From: a virus
Taxonomy: Duplodnaviria; Caudoviricetes
DNA length: 64,000 nt
Virus record (IMG/VR): IMGVR_UViG_3300028048_000047
Span: 32,001 to 96,000 of that record
Strand: one strand, 5' to 3'
Part shown: positions 30,272 to 40,215 of the stretch, piece by piece
Position numbering within the stretch: position 1 is the first letter of the stretch
How the letters are laid out: each line of letters begins with the position of its first letter
Program-made: the position numbers and the translations under genes
Notes under the pieces: model-generated
Told to the model about the DNA's origin: nothing
The model's database searches: none
The model's input: only the letters and a program-made list of their open reading frames with translations

Positions 30272-30375
30272 CTATTTTAAAATTTATTTTGAAGATATTT
30301 TTAAATATGATTATATTCTATGAGTATATATGCTTTGTATATATTATTTTTTTTTAAAAAGGTTGTGATTCAATT

Positions 30376-30783
30376 ATGGCAAGGTATCCTATAAGAGTTA
30401 CTCATAGTACTATGAAAAGATTAAAAAGTTTAGCGATTTTACCTAATGAATCTTATGATAAGATTTTGAAAAGAATTCTTGATGCAAAAGTTGGTGAAGA
30501 TGAAATCGTTTATATGATTGATGATTTGAAGAGTTTATGTAAATTAAAATGTGTTATTGATTTTGGAGAGTTGGATAAAAATATATTATTTTTTGAATAT
30601 GAAGATAGTTATAGGTCTTCTTCTCCTCCTTTATTATCTTCAAATAGTTTAGTTAGTTCTGAGGAGTATTCAGATTTCCTTCACAGGTTAAGGGGAATTA
30701 ATGATTTGATTAGTGTATTGTCTTTGTTAGGTCGGAGGGAGTACACTATTGTTAATAATTTGAGATTGATTCGTTTGAGTTAA
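30376..30783 (+). CDS. RHH/antitoxin-like DNA-binding protein (paralog of 38269-38676)
   Basis: IRV...T..RLK.LA..PNES(Y/F)..I..R.LDAK. Confidence 0.6.
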   Translation: MARYPIRVTHSTMKRLKSLAILPNESYDKILKRILDAKVGEDEIVYMIDDLKSLCKLKCVIDFGELDKNILFFEYEDSYRSSSPPLLSSNSLVSSEEYSDFLHRLRGINDLISVLSLLGRREYTIVNNLRLIRLS

Positions 30784-30816
30784 AAAAAATATATTTTTTT
30801 TATTATGGGCTGAGGT

Positions 30817-31320
30817 GTGTTTATGATTCCTGATGATTATGATAGTTTGTCTGTTAAAACCTTGAAAAGTTTTTTAGATGGTTGTTCTGATGATGATTTA
30901 GTTGTTTTTAAATCTCGTAATAATTATTTGTTTAGTGGTTATGGTATTCAATGTGATGGTGATGGGTTGGTTTTGAGTTTTGATTCTACTCCTGTTTATC
31001 ATATGGAAGGTGGTTTGTTCAAGGATTTTAAGCATTATAATCATAATTGTATTAGTTTCGATTTGTTGGATTATCCTTTTTTGGATTGGATGGTTTTTGA
31101 AGCGTATAATAAATTGGTGAGTGAAGGTGATTTTATTGAGTTTTATGATGTTGATGATAGGTTGTTGGGTAGGTTAAATTATTTTGATGGATGCTATGTT
31201 GATGATAATCATTTGGTTATTTTAAAGGATTCTGATGTAAATTCTATGATAAAGGTTCAAGGGGTTTCTTATTTTGTTGATTTGGAGTCTGTGTATTATA
31301 TGAGGTTTTGTTTGTTTTGA
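30817..31320 (+). CDS. Hypothetical protein
   Basis: GAGG RBS; strongly G+T-skewed coding sequence. Confidence 0.55.
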   Translation: MFMIPDDYDSLSVKTLKSFLDGCSDDDLVVFKSRNNYLFSGYGIQCDGDGLVLSFDSTPVYHMEGGLFKDFKHYNHNCISFDLLDYPFLDWMVFEAYNKLVSEGDFIEFYDVDDRLLGRLNYFDGCYVDDNHLVILKDSDVNSMIKVQGVSYFVDLESVYYMRFCLF

Positions 31321-31334
31321 TGTTTTTGAGTTAT

Positions 31335-31460
31335 ATTTATATAGTAGTTATATGTATATGTAGTATTGTTCTTTTACTATCGTTTAAGTTGTGTCTTTTA
31401 GTTATCATAGATGAAAAAAAGTACAGGGATACTTTGTTTTAGTGTTCTTGTATTTTTTTT
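31335..31460 (+). ncRNA. TATA box plus candidate small RNA B ending in a strong hairpin
   Basis: ATTTATATAGTAG; stem AAAAAAGTACAGGGATACT/AGTGTTCTTGTATTTTTT plus T-run. Confidence 0.45.
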
Positions 31461-31554
31461 ATTATTATTATTTTTTTAGAAATGTTTTTATATTTTTATA
31501 GATTTTGGATATATATGTTTTGTATTGTTATAGTGTTTTAATTCAATAATATAT

Positions 31555-31581
31555 ATTTAAAACGAAACATTTATATAGTAG
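31555..31581 (+). promoter_or_regulatory. Strong BRE/TATA promoter; 23 bp identical to 34196-34218
   Basis: ATTTAAAACGAAACATTTATATA. Confidence 0.75.
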
Positions 31582-31629
31582 TAATATTATACTATAATAT
31601 AACACTAAACAAAAGGAGATAACTAAAAA

Positions 31630-32999
31630 ATGATACAAACAAAATTAACATTAAATCCAATATCATGGAAACAAATAAACTATCATAAAGAAGTTGAAAA
31701 ATTAATGTACCCAGACGGATTCCACAAAACAAAAAATCATGGATTGTGGAAATTAAGAACAAAACTAAACAACAGAGAATGGGAAGCAATAAAACACTTA
31801 TTTTCATTTTATGATAAAACAAGTGTACAAAAAAACATAATAAAAAACATGAAATATTATGGATGGGCAACAGTAAATCCTGTGGAAGTAATTAAAATAT
31901 TATATCAAATAAGAAATACATAAATGGAGGAAAATAATATGTCATGGTATGATTTATGGAGTAACTGGTTAAATACAACAATAAGAGTTTTAAAATCAGA
32001 ACATAATTCTAATTGTGTAGGATATTACTACTTTAAATCAAATAGTAATAGGAATAAATCAAAATATAAATTTGGTACTATTCCTCATTTTACACACAAA
32101 TACAAATGGAAAAGAACACATAGAGGTAAAAGAGGTCTTATCACAAATGGTTACTATAAAGGAAAACCACAATAAAAGATAAAAATTAGGAGGAAATTAT
32201 AATGGTTTTTTATACTAAATTAGATTTACATAAAGAAATAAGGTTATATGGTGAAAAATTTAATTTGGATTTGGACGGTAAAACAATAAGAGAAGGTATA
32301 AATATTATTGTTGAATCATGTCCTAAGTTACATTCAGATGAAGAATTAATAATTTTAACTAAGAATAACCTGAAAGCAATAGAAGAAGAATATGGATTTA
32401 AAGCATTGAGGTTATTTTATTATGATACAATAAAACAAGATTTACTCCAATCTTTTACTGGGGAAGATGCACTTCAAAGGAAGTATTTTAAATTACTAAA
32501 ACACTTGAAAGAGTTTCATAATACTAAAATAAAAGAATTGGAATTAACATTGGATGTGTACAGATATTATACATTATTAGAAAAAGTGTTCAATGAGGAA
32601 TATGGTGAATTGAAATATTATGATAATAGGTTGTATAGTTTGATGAAATCAATACATATATGTTATTATGATGAACAGGTAATTGAATCTTTATATGATT
32701 TTTTATTTTCTGAATTAAGTATGAGTGGAGATAAATATTATATTAAAAAGGATTTACATGATGTTGATGTTCTGAAAATGTTATATGAGCATGTTGCAGA
32801 AGAAAATTTTGATAATAGTGTTGTGCATGGTGTGAGGTTGTTTGAGGATTATGATGGTTATGGTAATGATTATTTTCTTCATGATTATGAAGAGTCATGG
32901 TATGATGAGAATGGAGTATATCATTGTAAAATGTGGGAAAAACCTTCATCAATTGAGGATTATGTAAAAATAGGGTTACCAAATCAAGATGGGGATTAA
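31630..32999 (+). CDS. Operon of three hypothetical proteins (31630-31923, 31924-32175, 32202-32999)
   Basis: GGAG/GGAGG RBSs. Confidence 0.6.
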
Positions 33000-33014
33000 C
33001 CATATTATTTTTTA

Positions 33015-33290
33015 GTAACATTTATATAGTAGTTTAGTCTATATCATATATTATAGTATAGTTAAAGTTTAAGAATATTTTAAACAAAAATTGTACTTGT
33101 TAAATTTTTACTGACATATAGGAAGGTATAGTGAGAAATAAGAAGAAAATTTAATAAATAGTAATAGTTAATTGTTGGATAAATTTCTTTAAATTCATTG
33201 AAATGTATATTTAAGTCATCTAATAACAAAAGTTCATCTAAGTTCAACCTTTCGGTTTTTCGTTGTGATACAATTTTTTATTACTTGTTA
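33015..33290 (+). ncRNA. TATA box plus candidate ~230-nt small RNA C
   Basis: GTAACATTTATATAGTAG; closing stem 33086-33095/33269-33278; T-rich end. Confidence 0.45.
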
Positions 33291-33359
33291 TTTTTTCTTC
33301 TTTTTTTTTCATATTTTTTCCTTCTTATTTGTGAATATGATTATATTTTTTTTTTAGAG

Positions 33360-33992
33360 ATGGTTATGTGTGATTCTTATACTGGTGGATTGTTAAATAT
33401 TTTGAATGGGAAAATGGGGGTTTCTGCTCCTCAGAATAGTGTTCCTGTGATGAATTTGATTAATGTTCATAATCCTAAGAGTTATTCTGAGTTGGAATAT
33501 TTAATTGAGTATCATTTTAAGTATGATTGTTGGTGTGGTATTAAATCTACTGGTACTGTTCGTGATTTTGGTGTTCGTTTGTATTATTCTCAGTTGGATT
33601 TTTTTGGGGAGTTCAAGTTTAGTTTGGATGAATGTATTCGTTGGGAGTATGATTTGTTTGTTCGGAATTCTTTAAATGGTTCTGTTATGGAGGATAAGGC
33701 TATTGATTTGTTGGGGAGATGTTTACCTTCTTGTTTTTGTGTGAGGCATTCTTCTGGTTTTGTTGATGAGTGTTTTTGTGTGGATGTTGAGGTTTTTTGT
33801 GATGGGGTTTTGGTTTGTGGGGTTCAAGTTAAGCCGTTTTCTTATGTTTTTATGGGTGATAATGTTAAGTTTAGAAATGTTGTTGGTAATGATGGTTTTG
33901 GTGTTCGTGTTTTTTATTTGTTTTATGATGATGATGGGTTTTTTATGAATTTGGATATTTTGTTGTGTGAGTTGTGTGTGGATTATTGGTAG
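33360..33992 (+). CDS. MjaI-like PD-(D/E)xK restriction endonuclease
   Basis: DLF..NS.NG..ME..A, D....VDVE......GVQVKP.SY catalytic pattern. Confidence 0.55.
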   Translation: MVMCDSYTGGLLNILNGKMGVSAPQNSVPVMNLINVHNPKSYSELEYLIEYHFKYDCWCGIKSTGTVRDFGVRLYYSQLDFFGEFKFSLDECIRWEYDLFVRNSLNGSVMEDKAIDLLGRCLPSCFCVRHSSGFVDECFCVDVEVFCDGVLVCGVQVKPFSYVFMGDNVKFRNVVGNDGFGVRVFYLFYDDDGFFMNLDILLCELCVDYW

Positions 33993-34024
33993 TTTTTTTG
34001 GGGGGTTTAACTACAATACTCATA

Positions 34025-34041
34025 GAAAGATTTATATAGTA
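34025..34041 (+). promoter_or_regulatory. BRE/TATA promoter
   Basis: GAAAGATTTATATAGTA. Confidence 0.65.
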
Positions 34042-34089
34042 TTATAGACATATAATATATTATGTTGATAATATTAGGAGTGAGTGTTT

Positions 34090-34176
34090 ATGATACTTGG
34101 AAATTTTTTATTTTTTAGTTTTGTTTTTATTTTGTGTTTGGTAAGTGTATGGTTTGGTTATAATTTTATGTACTAA
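34090..34176 (+). CDS. 28-aa single-TM micropeptide, not in ORF track
   Basis: Own promoter, AGGAGTG RBS, MILGNFLFFSFVFILCLVSVWFGYNFMY. Confidence 0.55.
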   Translation: MILGNFLFFSFVFILCLVSVWFGYNFMY

Positions 34177-34195
34177 CTATACTAATAAAATATAA

Positions 34196-34221
34196 ATTTA
34201 AAACGAAACATTTATATACTA
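34196..34221 (+). promoter_or_regulatory. Strong BRE/TATA promoter
   Basis: ATTTAAAACGAAACATTTATATACTA. Confidence 0.75.
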
Positions 34222-34301
34222 TAATTTACTAATAATATAAATGTAAGTCCAAAAAAAATAACTTACAACACAAAAAAAATAATAAAGGAGATGAAAAACA
34301 C

Positions 34302-34868
34302 ATGGATATAATTGAAAAAGAAATGAGTGAATATCAAAAGAAAAAAGAAGAAAAAAGGAAACAATTCTTCAAAAAATGTAGTGATAAAATAAGAAAAGGA
34401 GAACTAATATACCAAGCATTAGCATTATACATAGCAAAAAGATATAACATAGACACAGATTACTTACCAAATGTAATCTATATCATATTAAATCATTACA
34501 TAGAAAATATAGAAGAAGACTTTGAAACATGGATACATAAAGAAAACAGTCCATTACTTAGACCTGCTGAACAACTACCAAAAATATTCCCTGAAATAGC
34601 AGTAATAACAACAAGTGAAGAACAAATAATCAAAATTGCAAATAATCTTTACAATTTAAACTTAAAATATTCCAATGAAGAATTCTGTGAGAGATATGTT
34701 TACTCATTAGAATTTGATTTTAATTCATTTACTCCAATTAATATAAATAAAGTAAAAGAATTAAAAGAAGAAATTCGTATACTAAAAAAATATGGTAACG
34801 AAACAAAAGAATTGGAAGAAAAAATTAAAAACTTTGGTTTAACCGAAGAACAAATAGAATTACTATAA
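34302..34868 (+). CDS. Hypothetical protein
   Basis: GGAG RBS; first gene after promoter. Confidence 0.6.
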   Translation: MDIIEKEMSEYQKKKEEKRKQFFKKCSDKIRKGELIYQALALYIAKRYNIDTDYLPNVIYIILNHYIENIEEDFETWIHKENSPLLRPAEQLPKIFPEIAVITTSEEQIIKIANNLYNLNLKYSNEEFCERYVYSLEFDFNSFTPININKVKELKEEIRILKKYGNETKELEEKIKNFGLTEEQIELL

Positions 34869-34882
34869 ACGAAGGGGATGTT

Positions 34883-35092
34883 ATGGATACTTATTGGAGT
34901 GTTAGTTATAATAAATGTATAAAATGTGGAAGATGTGTTCATGCTTGTCAAACAAAAAGCAGGTATAAACATTTACATGGTGGTAGAGATAAAAGACCTG
35001 AAACCTTTTCTGATGTTTTAGGATGTCATCATTGTGAAAAATACTGTAAAGATGTATGTTATTATGATGCAATCAAAATAGAAAGGTGGTGA
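34883..35092 (+). CDS. 2x[4Fe-4S]-type ferredoxin
   Basis: CIKCGRCVHAC and CHHCEKYCKDVC...AI. Confidence 0.8.
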   Translation: MDTYWSVSYNKCIKCGRCVHACQTKSRYKHLHGGRDKRPETFSDVLGCHHCEKYCKDVCYYDAIKIERW

Positions 35093-35100
35093 AATTAAAA

Positions 35101-37523
35101 ATGACAGCCATAATGTTCACACAAAGAATTGATGAGGCTATTATTAATATTGCTTATGAATTAAAAAGAATGAATGATTTAAAAGAAAAAGAATTAGAAT
35201 TTAAAATGGATAAGAGGAGAGATGAATCATGAATACTATTGAAAATTTTGCAGAAGAATTCCATATGTTAAATAAAAAAAGTAGTGATAAATTTAAAGAA
35301 CATTTATTACTTGAAGATAAAACAAGACAATCATTCATCAAATTAATAGAACAACTATGTAAAAAATACAATCTAAAAGTAAGGTATTCTCCATATCACA
35401 TAGATTTATCAAGTATTGATGAAAAATACACAGTACAATGTGGTGAAAGCGAGAAATATAATTACACAAGATATAATGAGGACTTCCAAGGGGAATTTGA
35501 TATTATATTAGTGGGTAATTTGAATGATTCTGAAATGGATGAAATTTTTAAAGTAACCAAAAACCAAAAATTAAAAAAAGAGGACGATGAAAATGGGTTT
35601 TGCTCATATTATATTTTAAGTTTTGATTTTTATGAGGAATATGGTGTGGATTATCAATAATTGAAAAGTTAAGGAGTGGAATATTATGGCTAATATTCAT
35701 TATTTTAGGGAAGAAGAGATTGATGAAGAGGATAAATTTTTAACTGTGGGGGGTTTAATAGATATTTTAAAAGATGTTAATCCTCAAACAAGAGTATTTA
35801 TTAGAAATGTTGATGAATGGGGGGAAAAACCTGTGATTAATAATTCAACGGATTCTTGGGAATTATCTGATGGGTTGATTACTGATGTCAAACGAGCTAA
35901 TATCAATCAAGTAACGAATAAAGAGGAATATATTATTATTCAAGGTTTGATTAATAAGAGAGGTTTTGTTACATTAGACCATGAGCCATATGAGGAAATA
36001 ATTTATCACCATACATGGTTGGATAAGTGTTTAAATAAGTTAAATCCAATAACTTCTATGAAGCAGTTAAAGAGTAAGTTTTTTAAAGGTGAAAAAAATT
36101 GTGGTAATTGTAATTCATGGAATAGTAATGTTTGTGATAAGTCAAAGGTTAAAGTAGATATTGATGAAGTTTGTGAGTTATGGGAGTTGAATTAAAAATG
36201 ATTAAGATATGTGGTAATTGTAATTGGTATAAATTTAAGAATAATCCTGCAAGTAAAGGGGGTTGTATTAATAAACTGAGTGGAGATAATACTAAACATA
36301 ATTATTCTCCATTATCTGAGGTTTGTGATAGATTTGAAGAAAAAGAGATGTGATTATGGAGTTTTTAAAGGATAATTTTGAGTATTATGTTGGGAATAGT
36401 TACTATTCCTATGACACTTTTAAAGAACAGTTAAATCTTGTTAAAGAGAAGTTGATGACTTCTAATTGTATTTTTTTAACTGTTGAAGAAAGAACATTTG
36501 GTAAATTGGAACGGATTAGTTTTCCAATTTCTTATGTTGACGATGAATATATTGGAGATGGTGTGAAATTTTATAATATTGATGGTGAGGAAGTTTTCAG
36601 ATATTATTATTGTCGAAGTTTAGGTTTTTATTATAATCTTTTGCAAGTTGAGGAGTATTGTCTTATTAAACAAGAGGAAGTTGGTTATGATGAAGGTTGG
36701 TTAAAGTGGTTAGTTGATTATGCTTATGATGATTATTATGGTAAAGCACAGAATTGGTTTGGTACAAGTAGTGATTTAGATAGTTTTTGTAATAAATTAT
36801 ATATGTCAAAGAATTCACGGTTGAAGTTAGAAGAATTAGTAATTCGTAAGAAATTAGGTAATTTTAAAGAAAAATATGGTTATGAAAATGATATTTTAAA
36901 ACAAAAATTAAAAGAAGTATCTTTGTAATGTATATGATTCAATTAATTATATTGTTTTTATGTGACTTATTTGTTTAAATGAAAAATATTGTTGATTATT
37001 TGGATAGTTATGCTATTAATACTGTTTTTACGATTAGGTATTTTTGATAATAATGATAATAAAATATATGAGGTGAAAAGGTATGATTAACTATGATTAT
37101 ATGTGTTTTAAAAACACAGTAAAAAAGAATCCTATTCCGTTTATGCAAAGTATAGCTGAAATGGTATTTTGGGACTGGTTAAATGAAGAAACAAGTAAAC
37201 TTATGATTACTCATGGAATGAGCCAATATGAAGCATTATATTGTATAGTAAAAAATTGTAGGTGATTGATAATGAATAAAAAAACAGAAGAATATTATAT
37301 ATTAAGATTAAACAATATATTATTATACATGGAAAATAATAATTATTATGACAAACCATTTGTGATAGAAGTAGTACATACAAAACAAGATATATATAAT
37401 AATGGTTTGACAGAAAAAAATTTAAAAAGAATAAAAGAATTAAATAATTATTTCACAAATAATATATTTAATCAAAAACAAAAACAACAAATGGAGAATA
37501 TGTGGAGTAATTATAAAAAATGA
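35101..37523 (+). CDS. Run of small hypothetical genes (35101-35232, 35229-35660, 35686-36195, 36198-36353, 36350-36928, 37083-37265, 37266-37523)
   Basis: Tightly packed or overlapping ORFs with RBSs; two were read manually. Confidence 0.55.
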
Positions 37524-38182
37524 ATTACCTTGAAAATAAATACGGAAAATATATTGTAACGGAGAATAATGAAAAAATATATATTAATCAAAAATATGGT
37601 GAAAATGCTCCTTTATATGTTATTTTATACTATGAATATCCATATATTTTAAAGAATATGATAAATGATGAATTTTATTTAATTCAAGATAAAGTTTATG
37701 ATATTGTTAAAGAAATTAAAAAAAAAGATATAGTTATTGGTTTTACTGCATCTAATTATTATGATGGAAAATTAATAGTTGAATTAGTATATATACTTAG
37801 TGAATATAGGGGAAAATCAATTTTTACGAAAGAATTATCTCTTTTGGAAGTTTATTTTGGTAATATTATTTGTTTGAGTTTACCTAATCGTTTTGCAATT
37901 GAATCTTTGCTAAAAGGATTATATGCTCATAAAATTAATGAGTATCTTGTCAGAACAAGGATTCCATTAGTTTTTCAACACCCTAAAAGTGAAGATGTAT
38001 TATTATTTTCACGAATATATGATTTACGAATTTGTGCAATTGTTGATTTGGATAATTGTATTGTTAGTCCATTGATTGGTGTTGATATTTTTTATTTTGA
38101 TGCAAGTTCTAAAAGAGATTGTTTTTTGAATAAGTATTATTTTGAAAATTTAAGAAGAATATATGATGTTAGTTTGAAGTAA
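37520..38182 (+). CDS. GNAT-like acetyltransferase
   Basis: IGF......ELVYILSEYRGKSI motif A. Confidence 0.5.
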   Translation: MNYLENKYGKYIVTENNEKIYINQKYGENAPLYVILYYEYPYILKNMINDEFYLIQDKVYDIVKEIKKKDIVIGFTASNYYDGKLIVELVYILSEYRGKSIFTKELSLLEVYFGNIICLSLPNRFAIESLLKGLYAHKINEYLVRTRIPLVFQHPKSEDVLLFSRIYDLRICAIVDLDNCIVSPLIGVDIFYFDASSKRDCFLNKYYFENLRRIYDVSLK

Positions 38183-38195
38183 CATTTAAATACTA
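38179..38195 (+). promoter_or_regulatory. BRE/TATA promoter
   Basis: GTAACATTTAAATACTA. Confidence 0.6.
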
Positions 38196-38268
38196 TTATA
38201 GTTATATTATGACATACACTTTAAACTAAATAAAAAAAAGAATATTGAAAAAAAGGTGGAGAAATCAA

Positions 38269-38676
38269 ATGAGAAATTACAGTTCAATACAAGTAAGTGG
38301 AGAAACAAAAAGTAGACTAAAAGCATTAGCATTAACTCCTAATGAAAGTTTTGAAAATATTATATTAAGATTATTAGACGCTAAACTAAATGGAAGAGAA
38401 ATAAAATATCAAATAAGAAACTTAGACTCTGATTGTAACATTAAAGCAAGTGTTGATTGGGGATTAGAAAAAGAAAATATTTTATTCATAGATAAAGATG
38501 GAGATAGGAAATTTGAAGTTCCACAATACACATTTGACCAAGAACATTTTCAAGAAAAATGGAATAAATTCATGGAAGATATAAACAGTTTAGAAAATCT
38601 TGTAAATATTCTTGCAATATTGGAATATGGTGAAGAAATTCGAGCAGGAGATATAATACTACAAAGAATAAATTAA
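38269..38676 (+). CDS. RHH/antitoxin-like DNA-binding protein (paralog of 30376-30783)
   Basis: SSIQVS.ETK.RLK.LA.TPNESFE.II.RLLD. Confidence 0.6.
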   Translation: MRNYSSIQVSGETKSRLKALALTPNESFENIILRLLDAKLNGREIKYQIRNLDSDCNIKASVDWGLEKENILFIDKDGDRKFEVPQYTFDQEHFQEKWNKFMEDINSLENLVNILAILEYGEEIRAGDIILQRIN

Positions 38677-38740
38677 AACAAAATAAAAATACAAATACAC
38701 TAACCATTATAAATTATAACTATCTCTCTTTTTTTATTAT

Positions 38741-38764
38741 TTTTTGGTAAGAGTGTATAATGAA
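38741..38764 (+). promoter_or_regulatory. 24-bp motif TTTTTGGTAAGAGTGTATAATGAA, copy 2
   Basis: Identical to 23691-23714. Confidence 0.6.
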
Positions 38765-38815
38765 GTGATAAAAGATATCAATAATCATTGTAATCTTTTT
38801 TTTACTTCAAAAAAA

Positions 38816-39082
38816 AAGTTTTAAAAAAATCAACTATTTCTAAAAAAAATTAATAAAAATGTGAATCTATTTTTTTTTACAAGAAAAAAGAAAATCTTCA
38901 CCACTTCTTTTTATTTTTCAAAAAATAAATAAAATTGAATTAAAAAAAATTTTATTGTACTTTTTTTCTCTCATTACTATTCCAAAAAAATAAGAAGATG
39001 AGAAGATTCTAAAAATTTTTTTTTGTTTTAAAAAAAAATCACTAATGAAAAATTAAAAAAAAATATTTTTTTAAAAAAACTT
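38816..39082 (+). ncRNA. Long rod-like hairpin leader ending just before the RBS of 39103
   Basis: Nested arms AAGTTTT/AAAACTT, GTGA/TCAC, ACAAGAAAAAA/TTTTTTTTGT, AATCTTC/GAAGATT, CTTCTT/AAGAAG. Confidence 0.45.
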
Positions 39083-39102
39083 AAAAAAGGAGATGAATAG
39101 TT

Positions 39103-39447
39103 ATGAGCTTACAATCATATAAACCATATTCTCGATTAGTATCAATAATATCAGGATTAATTATTATAATTGCAGGATTAGATGCAAGTCAAGTAATACA
39201 TATCTTTCCAGAATATGCAAGTCAAATAAACACAATATTATTTGTAGCAGGATTAATAGCACCTGTAATAGCACAAGAAAAAAGAGTAGTCCGTGCAGAA
39301 GACATAATTAAAGAAGATTATGAAGGCTCAACAGATTCCGAAGATATTACTGTGAATATAACTCTTGATGGTGAAGATATTCTTGATGATTCTGATGAGG
39401 AATTCATAGATGAGTTAGATGCTGAATTAGATGAAAGTGATGCTTAA
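39103..39447 (+). CDS. Holin-like membrane protein with acidic tail
   Basis: Two hydrophobic helices, then D/E-rich C-terminus. Confidence 0.45.
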   Translation: MSLQSYKPYSRLVSIISGLIIIIAGLDASQVIHIFPEYASQINTILFVAGLIAPVIAQEKRVVRAEDIIKEDYEGSTDSEDITVNITLDGEDILDDSDEEFIDELDAELDESDA

Positions 39448-39803
39448 TGAGTGCTGAAAGTCATCATGAACATGAATATTGTATTAATGAATCAAGATTA
39501 ACTGCAATTGAAACAAAAATGAAGCACAAAAGGTATGAGTTAAATGATTTGCATGAAAAATTAACAGAACAAGCAAACCATATGGATGAACTTGTACAAG
39601 AAGTAACTAAATTAGCAACAATTTTACAAGAAACCCAAAGTACACGGAATGAACATGGGAAAAAAATTGATAAATTAGAAACACAAGTTACTCAATTAAA
39701 TACAACAATGAATACCTTGAAGTGGATTATAACAATTTCAGTAGCATTGTTTGGAGGAGTAATCGTATTCTTGATAACAAATTTAATACAATTAATACAC
39801 TAA
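39447..39803 (+). CDS. Coiled-coil protein with C-terminal TM helix (XhlA-like architecture)
   Basis: Heptad region followed by LKWIITISVALFGGVIVFLI. Confidence 0.5.
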   Translation: MSAESHHEHEYCINESRLTAIETKMKHKRYELNDLHEKLTEQANHMDELVQEVTKLATILQETQSTRNEHGKKIDKLETQVTQLNTTMNTLKWIITISVALFGGVIVFLITNLIQLIH

Positions 39804-39864
39804 AAAAATACAATAATTTTTTTAGTGTAAAAAACTATATTTTTTTAGAGGAGGTAAAAAAATA

Positions 39865-40215
39865 ATGTATACTTTAAAAACAAAGCACAGAATATATGCT
39901 TCACATTACCTTAAAGACCAAGGGGGTAAATGTGAAAAACTTCATGGACATCAATATGAAATAATATTAACAATTCAAAAAGAAGAATTGGATTATAAAA
40001 ACATGATTATTGATACATATGAAGTAGAATCTATTTTTAATAATTTTATAGGCGTAGACCATTTACATTTAAATGATTTCATGGATACTGAAAATCCAAC
40101 AATGGAATTTATGAGTAAATACTTTTATGAACATTTAAAAAAAGAAGTAGATGGTTTAATTAGAGTTACTGTTTTTGAAACTCCTGAGGCAAGTGTTACA
40201 TATGAAAGTCAATGA
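39865..40215 (+). CDS. queD: 6-carboxy-5,6,7,8-tetrahydropterin synthase
   Basis: ASH.L...GKC..LHGH.Y, DH..LN, NPT.E, V.ETP. Confidence 0.9.
   Translation: MYTLKTKHRIYASHYLKDQGGKCEKLHGHQYEIILTIQKEELDYKNMIIDTYEVESIFNNFIGVDHLHLNDFMDTENPTMEFMSKYFYEHLKKEVDGLIRVTVFETPEASVTYESQ

Noticed and set aside
33198-33359. N-terminal extension of the endonuclease-like ORF
   Set aside because: Runs through poly-T terminator-like sequence; ATG 33360 or 33366 is more plausible.
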